64,000 nt of DNA from an uncultured Actinomycetota bacterium. GTDB lineage: Bacteria > Actinomycetota > Actinomycetes > Mycobacteriales > Mycobacteriaceae. The stretch lies in the NCBI GenBank assembly GCA_963777275.1, contig CAVZPS010000001.1, forward strand, positions 1,256,322 to 1,320,321, in the 5' to 3' direction. Positions 43,277 through 52,597 of this stretch are shown in pieces. A program made the translations under genes and the position numbers. The number at the start of each line of letters is the position of its first letter. The first letter of the stretch is position 1. The notes under the pieces are model-generated. The model searched no databases, was not told the origin of the DNA, and saw nothing but the letters and a program-made list of their open reading frames with translations.

Positions 43277-45129
43277 GACTGCGGCTCCATCAACAGCACC
43301 GCGCCATTGACGCCCTCTTCGAGAGGTGCCAGAAAACCCGTGCAGGTCACCCGCACTTGAATGGGCCGACCCCGCCGGTTGACCGCTTCGACTGACACTT
43401 CTGACGGATTGCTCGGGTCCACAAACGCATTGCCGATCAGTGGGCGGACCTGGTCCACCGGTAGTCCGATGTCCAGGGAGGTAAGAGCCCGGCCCCTGGT
43501 CTCGTCGGACCGCAGACCCCACAACTCCTCGCAGCCGCGGTTCCAGACGAGTACGCGCATCTCGCGATCTACCACCACAAGTCCGAGATGAATCGAGTTG
43601 ACCAGTGCAGCAACGAAAGACCGCGCCTCATCGAGTTCGACACTGCGCTCGCGCAATACGTCGTTGATGGTTTGCAACTCGTCGTTGGTCGACTGCAGCT
43701 CCTCATTCATCGTCTCGAGCTCTTCGTTGGTCGATTGCAGCTCCTCGTTGGTGGTCTCCAGTTCCTCCACCGTCGACTGCAGTTCCTCGTTGGTGGTCTC
43801 CAACTCTTCGTTGGTGGACTGCAATTCTTCGTAGGCCACCTCCAACTGTCGGTTGGTCTGTACCACCTTGTCCACAAGTGCCCTGGTTGCGGTCACGTCG
43901 AAGAAGACGATCGACACGCCCAGTAAGCCGTTGTCGGAGTCGACGAGCGGGCTGACGTGAATTTCGAACCACACGGTGTCCGAATTGGGGCGCTGCCAGC
44001 TGACGTCCTGGATCCGGGCTGACCGTCGGTCGACCTTGGCTTGTTCGAGATAGGTCCGCAACTCGACTGGCCGGTAAGACACTTCCAGGTCGCCCAGCGA
44101 ACGGCCGATGTCGCGGGCCGAGAGGCCGAACAGCGATTCAGCCTGCCGGTTGACCATCGCCAGGGTGTCCTCGCCCGTCACCACGAGCTGAGCTACCGGA
44201 CCGGCCCAAAACGCGAAATCCCGCAAGGTGGTCAGGCCGGGGATGTCACTGTGTCGCTGGTACGGCGTCGTCGCGGAATCGTAGCGATCCCATGCGCCCT
44301 GGGATCCGATCGTTTTGCGAAATACTCGGTGCTTGAGGCTCAGCGGCATGAACTGATCGCTGTGGCTGAACAGCATCTCGGCATGCCCGAGGAAAAGGGT
44401 GCCATGCATGGACAACGCGAAATGCAGGCGGCTCAGCACCTTTCGTTGCGTTTCTGCGTTCATGTACATCAAAGTGTTGCGGCACACCAGCAAATCCACT
44501 CGGGAGATGGGTGCGTCCTTCACCAGATCGTTACGGCCGAAGATCACCGCGCGGCGCAGATCCTTATGAAAGACGTAGCGGCCATTGACATTCTCGAAGT
44601 GACGCTTCAGCTGTTCCGGCGGCACCGACTCAACGGCCTTGGCGTCATAAGTGGCGGTGCGTGCCTCGACGAGCGCGTCTTCGTCCACGTCGGTCGCGTA
44701 GATTTTCACTCGCTGGCGGAACTCTTCGAGGCCGAGAGCGTCAGCCAGCAGCATCGCCAGGGTGTACGCCTCTTGGCCCGACGCGCAACCCGCGCTCCAG
44801 ACCCGAATCGAGTCGTTGGGGCCGCGGTCAGCCAGTATCCGCGGTATGACGTCCGAGGCGACGTACTCCCAGGCCTCGGTGTCGCGAAAGAAAGCGGTGA
44901 CGTTGATCAAAATTGCGTTGAACAGCGCAGAAAACTCGTCGGAACTGGCCTGTAAGACATCGAGATACTGCTCGAACGTCTCATATCCGGCGATACCCAT
45001 CCGGTGGCGTACCCGCCGCATCAACGAGGCGCGCTTGTAGCCGGTGAAATCGAACCCGCGAGAGTCGCGTAGATACCGCAACAGCGTTTCGAATGACTCG
45101 TCCGCATCCGCGTCTACTTCTACAACCAT
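43273..45129 (-). CDS. CheR-type methyltransferase with PAS - coiled coil - PAS
   Basis: INVTAFFRD, RVWSAGCASGQEAY, IYATD, CRN.LMY, LFLGHAE; two PAS regions flank an EELQSTN repeat. Confidence 0.92.
   Translation of the reverse strand: MVVEVDADADESFETLLRYLRDSRGFDFTGYKRASLMRRVRHRMGIAGYETFEQYLDVLQASSDEFSALFNAILINVTAFFRDTEAWEYVASDVIPRILADRGPNDSIRVWSAGCASGQEAYTLAMLLADALGLEEFRQRVKIYATDVDEDALVEARTATYDAKAVESVPPEQLKRHFENVNGRYVFHKDLRRAVIFGRNDLVKDAPISRVDLLVCRNTLMYMNAETQRKVLSRLHFALSMHGTLFLGHAEMLFSHSDQFMPLSLKHRVFRKTIGSQGAWDRYDSATTPYQRHSDIPGLTTLRDFAFWAGPVAQLVVTGEDTLAMVNRQAESLFGLSARDIGRSLGDLEVSYRPVELRTYLEQAKVDRRSARIQDVSWQRPNSDTVWFEIHVSPLVDSDNGLLGVSIVFFDVTATRALVDKVVQTNRQLEVAYEELQSTNEELETTNEELQSTVEELETTNEELQSTNEELETMNEELQSTNDELQTINDVLRERSVELDEARSFVAALVNSIHLGLVVVDREMRVLVWNRGCEELWGLRSDETRGRALTSLDIGLPVDQVRPLIGNAFVDPSNPSEVSVEAVNRRGRPIQVRVTCTGFLAPLEEGVNGAVLLMEPQS
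43663..43830 (-). repeat. Coding 21-bp (heptad) repeat, about 8 x EEL(Q/E)(S/T)(T/M)N
   Basis: EELQSTN EELETTN EELQSTV EELETTN EELQSTN EELETMN EELQSTN DELQTIN. Confidence 0.9.
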
Positions 45130-45210
45130 TCCGTTCCATCCGCCGACACAACGTCGCGAATCTGCACACTACTCGGGTGTCTGTGGCGGTAGTGCCCGTT
45201 CTTGGTCAGG

Positions 45211-45981
45211 CTAGAGCTTGTTCTCCGGACCGACCACCGCCCACACCGTCTTACCCGACGGCGCCGGCAAGGTACCCCAGACCCGGCTCAACGCAGCCAC
45301 GATCGAGAGCCCGGAGACCCGCTCGCCGCGGAGCAACCCGTCTTCGTGACGGACCGGCGGCAGCGCGCTTTCATCTTGCACCGCGACGCTGACGGTGGTG
45401 CCGTCGGTTTCCAGTCGCAACACCGGGGCACTGTCGGTGTGTTCCAGCACGTTTTCGACGAATACGTTGACGATCACCTTTGCCACCGCGACGAGTTCAG
45501 GCAATGACCAGTCCAACAACACTTCTGTGACAAGCTCTCGGGCCCGTCGCAGGCTGGACGGGACGGCAGGAAGTTCGGCACGGGATCGCTGTTTGAACGG
45601 TTGACCTCGATCGACAAGTCGTGCGAGCGCCATCTCTGCCGACGGGTACACCGGCACGTAGCGGGCCACACCGTTGCGGGCGATGTCATCTCGGGACTCC
45701 TCGTGCGCGCAGGTCAGCATGATCGGGACATCGGGCCACGTCCTGACATGCCAGCGTGCGCTGGTGAACACCGACCACGCCGATGAGGCGGGAACCCACA
45801 ATTGGGTGACGTCGACGAGCACGGCTTGAGGTTGGTCCATCGCCGCCTTGATGATGGTGTTCCGCAACTCGAGATAGGTGACGCTGTTCAAGACTCCGCT
45901 GACGGTGAGCAGACAACATGACTGCAGGGTGTCGCCGTGCACAAACAGTTGACTGGCCGGCTTAGTCACTGGCTGTGCCAT
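45211..45981 (-). CDS. STAS plus HATPase (anti-anti-sigma/anti-sigma) fusion (Rv0941c-like)
   Basis: LTVSGVL..VLVDVTQL STAS; RRARELV..ENVLEHT..V.D..SGL.IV..WG..GKTVWA RsbW-like. Confidence 0.82.
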   Translation of the reverse strand: MAQPVTKPASQLFVHGDTLQSCCLLTVSGVLNSVTYLELRNTIIKAAMDQPQAVLVDVTQLWVPASSAWSVFTSARWHVRTWPDVPIMLTCAHEESRDDIARNGVARYVPVYPSAEMALARLVDRGQPFKQRSRAELPAVPSSLRRARELVTEVLLDWSLPELVAVAKVIVNVFVENVLEHTDSAPVLRLETDGTTVSVAVQDESALPPVRHEDGLLRGERVSGLSIVAALSRVWGTLPAPSGKTVWAVVGPENKL

Positions 45982-46981
45982 GCTCGATATAGGCCTCGGT
46001 CAACCGACTGCCGAGCACGCCCAGCGCGTGCTCCGCCTCGTCAGCGAGCGCGTCGTACCGCTTTCGTAGCATGCCGGGAGCCACCTGTTCGGCCAGCCGC
46101 CGCGACAGCCTGACCTTCTCCTGGAGGCTGCGAACCGCGATCCACAGCGCGCCCTCCACCTCTTGATCGCGGGCGCGAAGCAGCGAGTCACCGGTCCAGG
46201 CGTGGCCGACCTCGCAGCGGTAATTGCCGTCGCTCACCCCGATCAGCGACCCGTTGCAGTCGGGACAGGCGTAACCCGACGGGCGGCCGAGCTTTTCGGT
46301 GTCGAATGCCGTCGAGAATCGGCGTGCCATCGCGATGCGATTTTCCAGTGCCATTCGGTTGTCGGGTTCCATATTGCGTTCCTCAAATCTTCGGTCGGCC
46401 AGCTCCGTGAGCAGAGCTCCCATTTCCGCCGCCTTTACGTCGCTGTGGTCGACGACACCGGCGTCGATCGCGTTCTGCGGCATAGCGGGAAAGAGAGCGT
46501 CAAAAGGGGACTGTGCGATGGTGGTGCCGCCGCGCGCCCGGATGGCCGCGGAACCCAGAACTCCGTCGTCAAGCACTCCGGACAGCAGTACCCCGACCGA
46601 ACGTTGACCGTGGGACAGTGCTACCGAGCGGAACAGCGCATTGATGGCGGGCCGATGCCCGTTTTCGGTAGGACCTTCCGACAGAAGGATGCGGTCATCC
46701 TGCACCAGCAGATGGTGATTGGGAACGGCGACGTAGATGGTGCCGTGCTGCAATGGCGTCCCATTCACGGCGTTCACGGCTTGCAGAGGGCCGTTGCGGT
46801 CGATGATGCGGGCCAGCACGCTGGGAGCGCCCGCCGGCATGTGCAGCGCCACAAGCACCGCATAGGGAAGATCTGACGGCAAGCCGCCAGCCAATTGGGT
46901 GAGCGCTTCCACCCCACCGGCCGAGGCACCTACCGCTACCACGTTGAGCGTCGTGTGTCCGCCAACTTCCCCGATCACCAC
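45962..46981 (-). CDS. CheB-type methylesterase with C-terminal Zn-ribbon and coiled coil
   Basis: GASAGG, LHM, RPAINALFRS, LSGVLDDG; CPDCNG..YRCEVGH. Confidence 0.9.
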   Translation of the reverse strand: MVIGEVGGHTTLNVVAVGASAGGVEALTQLAGGLPSDLPYAVLVALHMPAGAPSVLARIIDRNGPLQAVNAVNGTPLQHGTIYVAVPNHHLLVQDDRILLSEGPTENGHRPAINALFRSVALSHGQRSVGVLLSGVLDDGVLGSAAIRARGGTTIAQSPFDALFPAMPQNAIDAGVVDHSDVKAAEMGALLTELADRRFEERNMEPDNRMALENRIAMARRFSTAFDTEKLGRPSGYACPDCNGSLIGVSDGNYRCEVGHAWTGDSLLRARDQEVEGALWIAVRSLQEKVRLSRRLAEQVAPGMLRKRYDALADEAEHALGVLGSRLTEAYIEHGTASD

Positions 46982-46991
46982 CCTGGCTGGG

Positions 46992-47018
46992 CTACCCGCT
47001 CGGCTGAGCAGGCAACCC
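46992..47018 (-). promoter_or_regulatory. Candidate SigF-type promoter
   Basis: GGGTTG-N15-GGGTAG on the minus strand, about 10 nt before the cheB start; resembles GTTT-N15-17-GGGTA. Confidence 0.5.
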
Positions 47019-47080
47019 GTGCCGGGTATCCAACCAGGATAACCGGCTTTCCTGGCATCCGACAGGTGCGAAGGGTTTCC

Positions 47081-48229
47081 TCAGAGTCGAGGTACCGCCA
47101 ATTCGACATGGTTGACCGCAAATGGCGGGGCACCGATGCCTGCGATGGAATACCCGCCCTGGGGGGTTTCTTCGGTGATCCGTGCGGGTGCGCTGCGGGT
47201 ACCGGCATCAACCAGCACCTGCCGCGAACGGCGAACAAGGTCGCTGGGCAGCGGATCGAGGACGGTGCCTTGCCAGTGGTAGTTGCCGTCCAGCGGATCT
47301 ACGTGTCCGGCGAGCCGGACGCGCACCTGGCGATGGGTGTCGCCGATCGTCAGCGTCGCCATGCCGTCGTAGCCGTGTTCTGCACGGTCAGCCCCGCTCG
47401 ACACTTCGTAGGCGTGCGCCACCGGGTGCTGCAGCGGTCCCAAGTGGACGCGCTCGTTGAACACCTGCTGGCTGCTGTGCCGCACTTCGATGCGCGTTGC
47501 GAAAGCGCGATGCATCAGCTGCAGGCACCGCGCGATGTGGCGCAGTTGTGTGTCGTGATCCGGGCCAGTCAGCCAGAAGAAGTTGGGGAAGCCGTGGACC
47601 GCCACCCCGGCATAGGGCTCCATCCCGTCGCGCCAGCTCGGCGGGACAGCGGGAACACTTTGGCGCATTGACATTCCGGTGGCGTAGACGATCACGTCCG
47701 CGTCGTGTTGGACACCGTCAATGGTGCGAATCCCGGTTGCGGTCACCGAGTCGATGAGCGCCGTGACGAGGTGAGCGCTGCGCTGCCGCCGGATGCGGCC
47801 GCGACGACGGGTCAGCAGGGGCACGATGCGCCGCGGCGGAAACCCGAAGACCTTCACCACGGCGCCGCGGGCGGTCAGGTGGTCGATCAGCGGGCCGCCG
47901 GCGGCATCGCCGCCGACCACCGCGATGTGCTTGCCGTTCGGATCGAAGGCCGGGTCCCATGTTCTCGAGTGAAAAGACGGCCCATGAAATTCGCTGCGCA
48001 ACTCGTCGGGAATCCATGGCACAAAGACCCGCTCGCCGGCTTCGATGACGATGCGGCTCCGGCAGGTGCCGTCGGCGGTGTGCATGCTCCAGCTGTCGGT
48101 GGCGTCGTCGAACACCGAACTGCTGACTTCCTGCTCGAGAAGGACGACGTCGCTGATGCCGCCGCGGCGAAGCTGATCCGCGGCCCGCACGCCGACTGCG
48201 CCGGACCCGACGACGGCCGCACCGATCAC
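47081..48229 (-). CDS. Degenerate flavin monooxygenase-like protein with C-terminal DUF4873 (Rv0943c-like)
   Basis: VVGSGAVG, FHGPSFHSRTWD fingerprint, YATG, GFPNFF; GHVDPLDGNYHWQG; GTG overlaps the upstream stop. Confidence 0.75.
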   Translation of the reverse strand: MIGAAVVGSGAVGVRAADQLRRGGISDVVLLEQEVSSSVFDDATDSWSMHTADGTCRSRIVIEAGERVFVPWIPDELRSEFHGPSFHSRTWDPAFDPNGKHIAVVGGDAAGGPLIDHLTARGAVVKVFGFPPRRIVPLLTRRRGRIRRQRSAHLVTALIDSVTATGIRTIDGVQHDADVIVYATGMSMRQSVPAVPPSWRDGMEPYAGVAVHGFPNFFWLTGPDHDTQLRHIARCLQLMHRAFATRIEVRHSSQQVFNERVHLGPLQHPVAHAYEVSSGADRAEHGYDGMATLTIGDTHRQVRVRLAGHVDPLDGNYHWQGTVLDPLPSDLVRRSRQVLVDAGTRSAPARITEETPQGGYSIAGIGAPPFAVNHVELAVPRL

Positions 48230-49128
48230 AGGAACCGGCTGCGGGTCCACTGCCGGCGCGCGATCCGGCCCATCAGACCGACTTCAGTCAAAAATGCCGC
48301 AAGCGAAGCAAACCCGCTTATCTGCACCTGGTGGCGGTGCGGACTGCTGCGCACTGCCTGGCGGGCCCGGCGCGGATCCAGACCGGTACGCGCGTACGGG
48401 ACCGGGTTGGCGAACAGGTAGCCGAAGAACACTCCACCGAGCCCGTTGATATTGGCGATGAACCACCGGTTGAGGCGCGGCATCTCGACTACCCGCTTGC
48501 GCACGCCGTCGCGGGCGAACTGGATGTGTCGAGCCTCTTCGGTGACATGAATCCGCATGAGCCGCTGAATGATCGGTTGCATCTCCGGGTCATCCATCAT
48601 CTGACGCTGCAGCGCGTCGAAGATTTCTTCGCCAACCAGCGCCGCCACCCAGAGCAGGGCGCCGCGGAACAGCAGCGGCAAGGTGTTGATGATCATGCGG
48701 TGGTACAGCCGGGGGCGGACCGGCTTTGCGCCGACCCGCTCGATGGCCTTACCGAACATCACCATGTGCCGGGTTTCGTCGCCCAGTTCTGTCAGCGCGT
48801 AATGCGAGGCCCGGCTGGTCGGGTCGTCGTGCATCAGTTTGCGCAGCAGCGCCTGATTGAGGATGTTCTCGAACCAGATGCCCGCCGACAAGGTGTTGAC
48901 CAACTCCTGACGCGACAGCTCGATCTGCTGCGCCCGGGTCATCTCATCCCACATCGGCGTGCCGTAGAGCGACACGATTTTGGGCGGCAGGTAGAACTTG
49001 TCCGGGTCAAGCGGCGCGTCCCAGTCGATGTCGACGACCGGTTCATAGGACTTCTTGACCGAACCTTTGAGCAGACGCTCGGAAAAGTCTTCGCGACTGG
49101 GCCCAACCGGCTTCACGGTAGTCCGCAT
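48226..49128 (-). CDS. AurF-like diiron oxygenase
   Basis: GSVKKSYEPVVDIDWD, DETRHM, GEE, HVTEEARHI. Confidence 0.9.
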   Translation of the reverse strand: MRTTVKPVGPSREDFSERLLKGSVKKSYEPVVDIDWDAPLDPDKFYLPPKIVSLYGTPMWDEMTRAQQIELSRQELVNTLSAGIWFENILNQALLRKLMHDDPTSRASHYALTELGDETRHMVMFGKAIERVGAKPVRPRLYHRMIINTLPLLFRGALLWVAALVGEEIFDALQRQMMDDPEMQPIIQRLMRIHVTEEARHIQFARDGVRKRVVEMPRLNRWFIANINGLGGVFFGYLFANPVPYARTGLDPRRARQAVRSSPHRHQVQISGFASLAAFLTEVGLMGRIARRQWTRSRFL

Positions 49129-49135
49129 TCAACAG

Positions 49136-49165
49136 ACGTTAGGGACCCCGCCCGCAAGATGTCAA
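49136..49165 (-). promoter_or_regulatory. SigA-type promoter, probably giving a leaderless transcript
   Basis: TTGACA-N18-TAACGT-N7-ATG on the minus strand. Confidence 0.65.
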
Positions 49166-49220
49166 TACCCGCGGTACCGGGTACCTGAAGTTCCGGATCG
49201 GCGGCATTACTCTCGGCGAC

Positions 49221-49955
49221 ATGGCGGGTCGGCACATTCACGTCATCGGCATCGGCGTCGGCGACCCCGACTACCTGACCGTCCAGGCGATCGAGGCGCT
49301 GAACGACACCCAGGTGTTCTTCGCCGCAGACAAAGGCGAGGCCAAAAGCGATCTGGTGGCGTTGCGCCGGCAGCTCTGCGAGCGGTTCATCCGCAACCCC
49401 GGCTACCGCTTCGTCGAGTTGCCCGATCCGCAGCGCCGCATCGACGGCGAGTACCGGTCAGCGGTGTCCGACTGGCATGCCGCGCGTGCCCAGCTCTGGG
49501 CGAACGCCATCCGCACCGAACTCGGCGCCGACGGCGTCGGAGCGTTCCTGGCCTGGGGCGATCCGTCGCTCTATGACAGCACCTTGCGCATCCTGGCCGC
49601 CCTGCCCATCGAGCTCAGCTACGACGTCATCCCTGGCATCACCGCCGTGCAGGCGCTGACTGCCCGGCACCGCATTCCGCTCAACGACATCGGCGAACCC
49701 GTCCTGATCACCACCGGACGGCAGCTACGCGAGCACGGCCTGACCGGCTCCGCTGTGGTCATGCTCGACAGCGACTGCTCTTATCGCTGCTGCCCCGACG
49801 ACACCCGGATATGGTGGGGCGCCTACCTCGGCACCGCCGACGAGTTGCTGGTGTCCGGCACCGTCGGTCAGGTGGGCGCGAAAATCGCGGCGCTGCGCGC
49901 CGAGGCCCGCACGCGGCACGGCTGGATCATGGACACCTATCTGCTGCGCCGGTGA
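49221..49955 (+). CDS. cobF: Precorrin-6A synthase
   Basis: IGIGVGDP..LT.QA, WGDPSLYDST, VIPGIT, GWIMDTYLL. Confidence 0.93.
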   Translation: MAGRHIHVIGIGVGDPDYLTVQAIEALNDTQVFFAADKGEAKSDLVALRRQLCERFIRNPGYRFVELPDPQRRIDGEYRSAVSDWHAARAQLWANAIRTELGADGVGAFLAWGDPSLYDSTLRILAALPIELSYDVIPGITAVQALTARHRIPLNDIGEPVLITTGRQLREHGLTGSAVVMLDSDCSYRCCPDDTRIWWGAYLGTADELLVSGTVGQVGAKIAALRAEARTRHGWIMDTYLLRR

Positions 49956-49970
49956 GCGCACACTTAATGT

Positions 49971-50834
49971 ATGCCGGAACTACCCGAAGTCGAAGCGCTG
50001 GCTGATCACTTGCGCCGTCACGCGGTCGGTCTGCCGATCGGGCGCGTCGACGTCGCAGCTTTGTCGGTACTCAAAACCTTCGATCCGCCGCCAACCGCGC
50101 TGCATGGACAGACCGTCGTCGGTGCCGAGCGGTGGGGGAAATACCTGGGGCTGCAGGCCGGCGGGTCGTTTCTGATCACCCACCTTTCCCGCGCCGGCTG
50201 GCTGCGGTGGTCGGAAAAGCTGGCAGCCGCGCCGCCGCGCCCTGGTAAGGGCCCGATCGCGGTGCGCGTGCACCTGGGCACACCGGGGGAGGCGCCCGGG
50301 TTCGACCTCACCGAGGCGGGCACCCAGAAACGCCTTGCGGTGTGGCTCGTCGACGATCCGCAGCGGGTACCGCAGATCGCCGCGCTGGGGCCCGACGCGC
50401 TGTCGCTGGGACCCGATGATCTCGCCGATCTGCTGGCGGGCAACAGCGGCCGGATCAAAACCGTGCTCACCGATCAACAGGTGATCGCCGGCATCGGCAA
50501 CGCCTACAGCGACGAGATTCTGCACGTCGCCCGAATCTCGCCGTTCGCCACGGCGGGGAAACTCACCAGCGAGCAGGTGGTGATCCTGCACGACTCGATG
50601 GTGTCGGTGCTGACCGACGCGGTGAGCCGACTGGTCGGCCAGCAGGCCGCGACGCTCAAGGGCGAAAAGCGCTCCGGCCTCCGGGTGCATGCACGCGCCG
50701 GCCTGCCGTGCCCGGTGTGCGCTGACACGGTGCGCGAAGTCTCCTTCGCGGACAAGTCGTTTCAGTACTGCCCGACCTGTCAGACCGGCGGCAAGATTCT
50801 CGCCGACCGGCGGATGTCGCGGCTGCTGAAGTAG
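49971..50834 (+). CDS. Fpg/Nei family DNA glycosylase (Rv0944-like)
   Basis: MPELPEVE, H2TH AGIGNAYSDEIL, C4 zinc finger. Confidence 0.93.
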   Translation: MPELPEVEALADHLRRHAVGLPIGRVDVAALSVLKTFDPPPTALHGQTVVGAERWGKYLGLQAGGSFLITHLSRAGWLRWSEKLAAAPPRPGKGPIAVRVHLGTPGEAPGFDLTEAGTQKRLAVWLVDDPQRVPQIAALGPDALSLGPDDLADLLAGNSGRIKTVLTDQQVIAGIGNAYSDEILHVARISPFATAGKLTSEQVVILHDSMVSVLTDAVSRLVGQQAATLKGEKRSGLRVHARAGLPCPVCADTVREVSFADKSFQYCPTCQTGGKILADRRMSRLLK

Positions 50835-50838
50835 GGGA

Positions 50839-50901
50839 GCGGGCGCTCAGGTGGCTCGGCCGCGCTCCGCGGGCGCTCAGGTGGCTCGGCCGCGCTCCGC
50901 G
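50839..50901. repeat. 30-bp tandem duplication spanning the pgi stop codon
   Basis: GCGGGCGCTCAGGTGGCTCGGCCGCGCTCC at 50839 and 50869. Confidence 0.9.
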
Positions 50902-52541
50902 CGGTAGTGACGCACCAGCGCGTCGGTCGAGCTGTCCGACTGCTGCTGGGGTGCGTCGTCGTCGCTGATGACGGGAACCAGCTCCTTGGCCTGGGTCTTT
51001 CCCAACTCCACACCCCACTGATCGAACGAGTCGATACCCCAGAGCACGCCTTCGGTGAATACCTGGTGCTCGTAGAGCGCGATCAGCTGGCCCAGTGCTG
51101 AGGGGGTGAGCCGGCTCGCCAGGATCGCCGTGGTCGGCCGGTTGCCGGGCATCACCTTGTGTGGCACCACATCGGCCGGCGTGTCCTCGGCGGCGATCTC
51201 GTCTGCGGTCTTGCCGAAGGCCAGCACCTGGGTCTGGGCGAACAAGTTGCTCATCAACACGTCGTGCATGCTGCCGGATCCGTCAGCCTGGGGCAGGTCT
51301 TCCAGCGGCTGGGAGAAACCGATGAAATCGGCGGGTACCAGCCGGGTGCCCTGATGCAGCAACTGGTAGAAGGCGTGCTGGCCGTTGGTACCCGGCTCGC
51401 CCCAGAAGATTTCGCCGGTGTCGGTGGTGACCGGGCTGCCGTCGGCGCGAGTGGACTTACCGTTGGACTCCATCGTCAGCTGCTGCAGATACGCCGGGAA
51501 CCGGGCCAGGTCGTCGGAATAGGGCAGCACCGCGTGGGTTTGGGCGCCGAAGAACCCGGAATACCACGCGTTGATCAAGCCGAGCAGCGCCGGCGCGTTG
51601 GCGTGCAGCGGCGCGGTGCGGAAATGCTCGTCGACGAGGTGGAAGCCGGACAGGAAGTCGGCGAAGCGCTCGCGGCCGACAGCCGCCATCACCGACAGCC
51701 CGATCGCCGAATCTACCGAGTACCGCCCACCGACCCAATCCCAGAAGCCGAACATGTTGGCGGTGTCGATACCGAATTCTTCAACCTGCTTCTCATTCGT
51801 CGAGACGGCGACAAAATGTTTGGCCACCGCGTCGTCGCCCAGCGCGTCGGTCAGCCAGCGTCGCGCGGCGGTGGCGTTGGTCAGCGTCTCCAGGGTGGAG
51901 AACGTCTTCGACGAAACCACGAAAAGCGTTGTCGCCGGGTCTAAGTCAGCCAGCGTCGCGATCAGGTCGGCAGGGTCGACGTTGGAGACGAACCGGGCTG
52001 AGATACCGGCGTCGACGTAATGGCGCAGCGCCTTGTACACCATCACCGGGCCGAGGTCCGAGCCGCCGATACCGATGTTGACGACGGTGCTGATGCGTTG
52101 GCCGGTTGCACCGGTCCATTCACCGCTGCGTAGCCGATCGGTGAACTCACCCATCCGGTCGAGCACCGCGTGCACGTCTTCGACGACGTTCTTGCCGTCG
52201 ACAGTCAGCTCAGCGTCGCGCGGAAGCCGCAGTGCGATGTGCAGGACAGCGCGGTTCTCGGAGGTGTTGATGTGCTCGCCGGCGAACATCGCGTCGCGGC
52301 GCTCTTCGAGGTGCGCCGCCCGGGCCAGGTCGGTGAGCAGCTCGATGGTCTCGCGGGTGATGCGGTGTTTGCTGTAGTCGATGTAAAGGTCGCCGACGGT
52401 CACCGTCAACTCGCGGCCGCGATCAGGGTCCTCGTCGAAGAACTGACGTAGGTGGGTTTCACCGATCTGAGCGTGATGCTTGCGCAGCGCATCCCACGCA
52501 GAGGTGGTCGAGATGTCCGGGAGCTGTCCGACGGCGGTCAT
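50877..52541 (-). CDS. pgi: Glucose-6-phosphate isomerase
   Basis: [33 protein letters not shown]. Confidence 0.98.
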   Translation of the reverse strand: MTAVGQLPDISTTSAWDALRKHHAQIGETHLRQFFDEDPDRGRELTVTVGDLYIDYSKHRITRETIELLTDLARAAHLEERRDAMFAGEHINTSENRAVLHIALRLPRDAELTVDGKNVVEDVHAVLDRMGEFTDRLRSGEWTGATGQRISTVVNIGIGGSDLGPVMVYKALRHYVDAGISARFVSNVDPADLIATLADLDPATTLFVVSSKTFSTLETLTNATAARRWLTDALGDDAVAKHFVAVSTNEKQVEEFGIDTANMFGFWDWVGGRYSVDSAIGLSVMAAVGRERFADFLSGFHLVDEHFRTAPLHANAPALLGLINAWYSGFFGAQTHAVLPYSDDLARFPAYLQQLTMESNGKSTRADGSPVTTDTGEIFWGEPGTNGQHAFYQLLHQGTRLVPADFIGFSQPLEDLPQADGSGSMHDVLMSNLFAQTQVLAFGKTADEIAAEDTPADVVPHKVMPGNRPTTAILASRLTPSALGQLIALYEHQVFTEGVLWGIDSFDQWGVELGKTQAKELVPVISDDDAPQQQSDSSTDALVRHYRAERGRAT

Positions 52542-52597
52542 ACCTTTTGACCATAGTCACGCGGCCCCGCGGCCGGATGAACGCGAGAAGAAAAGGC

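Noticed and set aside
41856-46981. Chemotaxis/motility operon
   Set aside because: No MCP, CheA, CheW, CheY or flagellar genes in the window; both CheB lack receiver domains.
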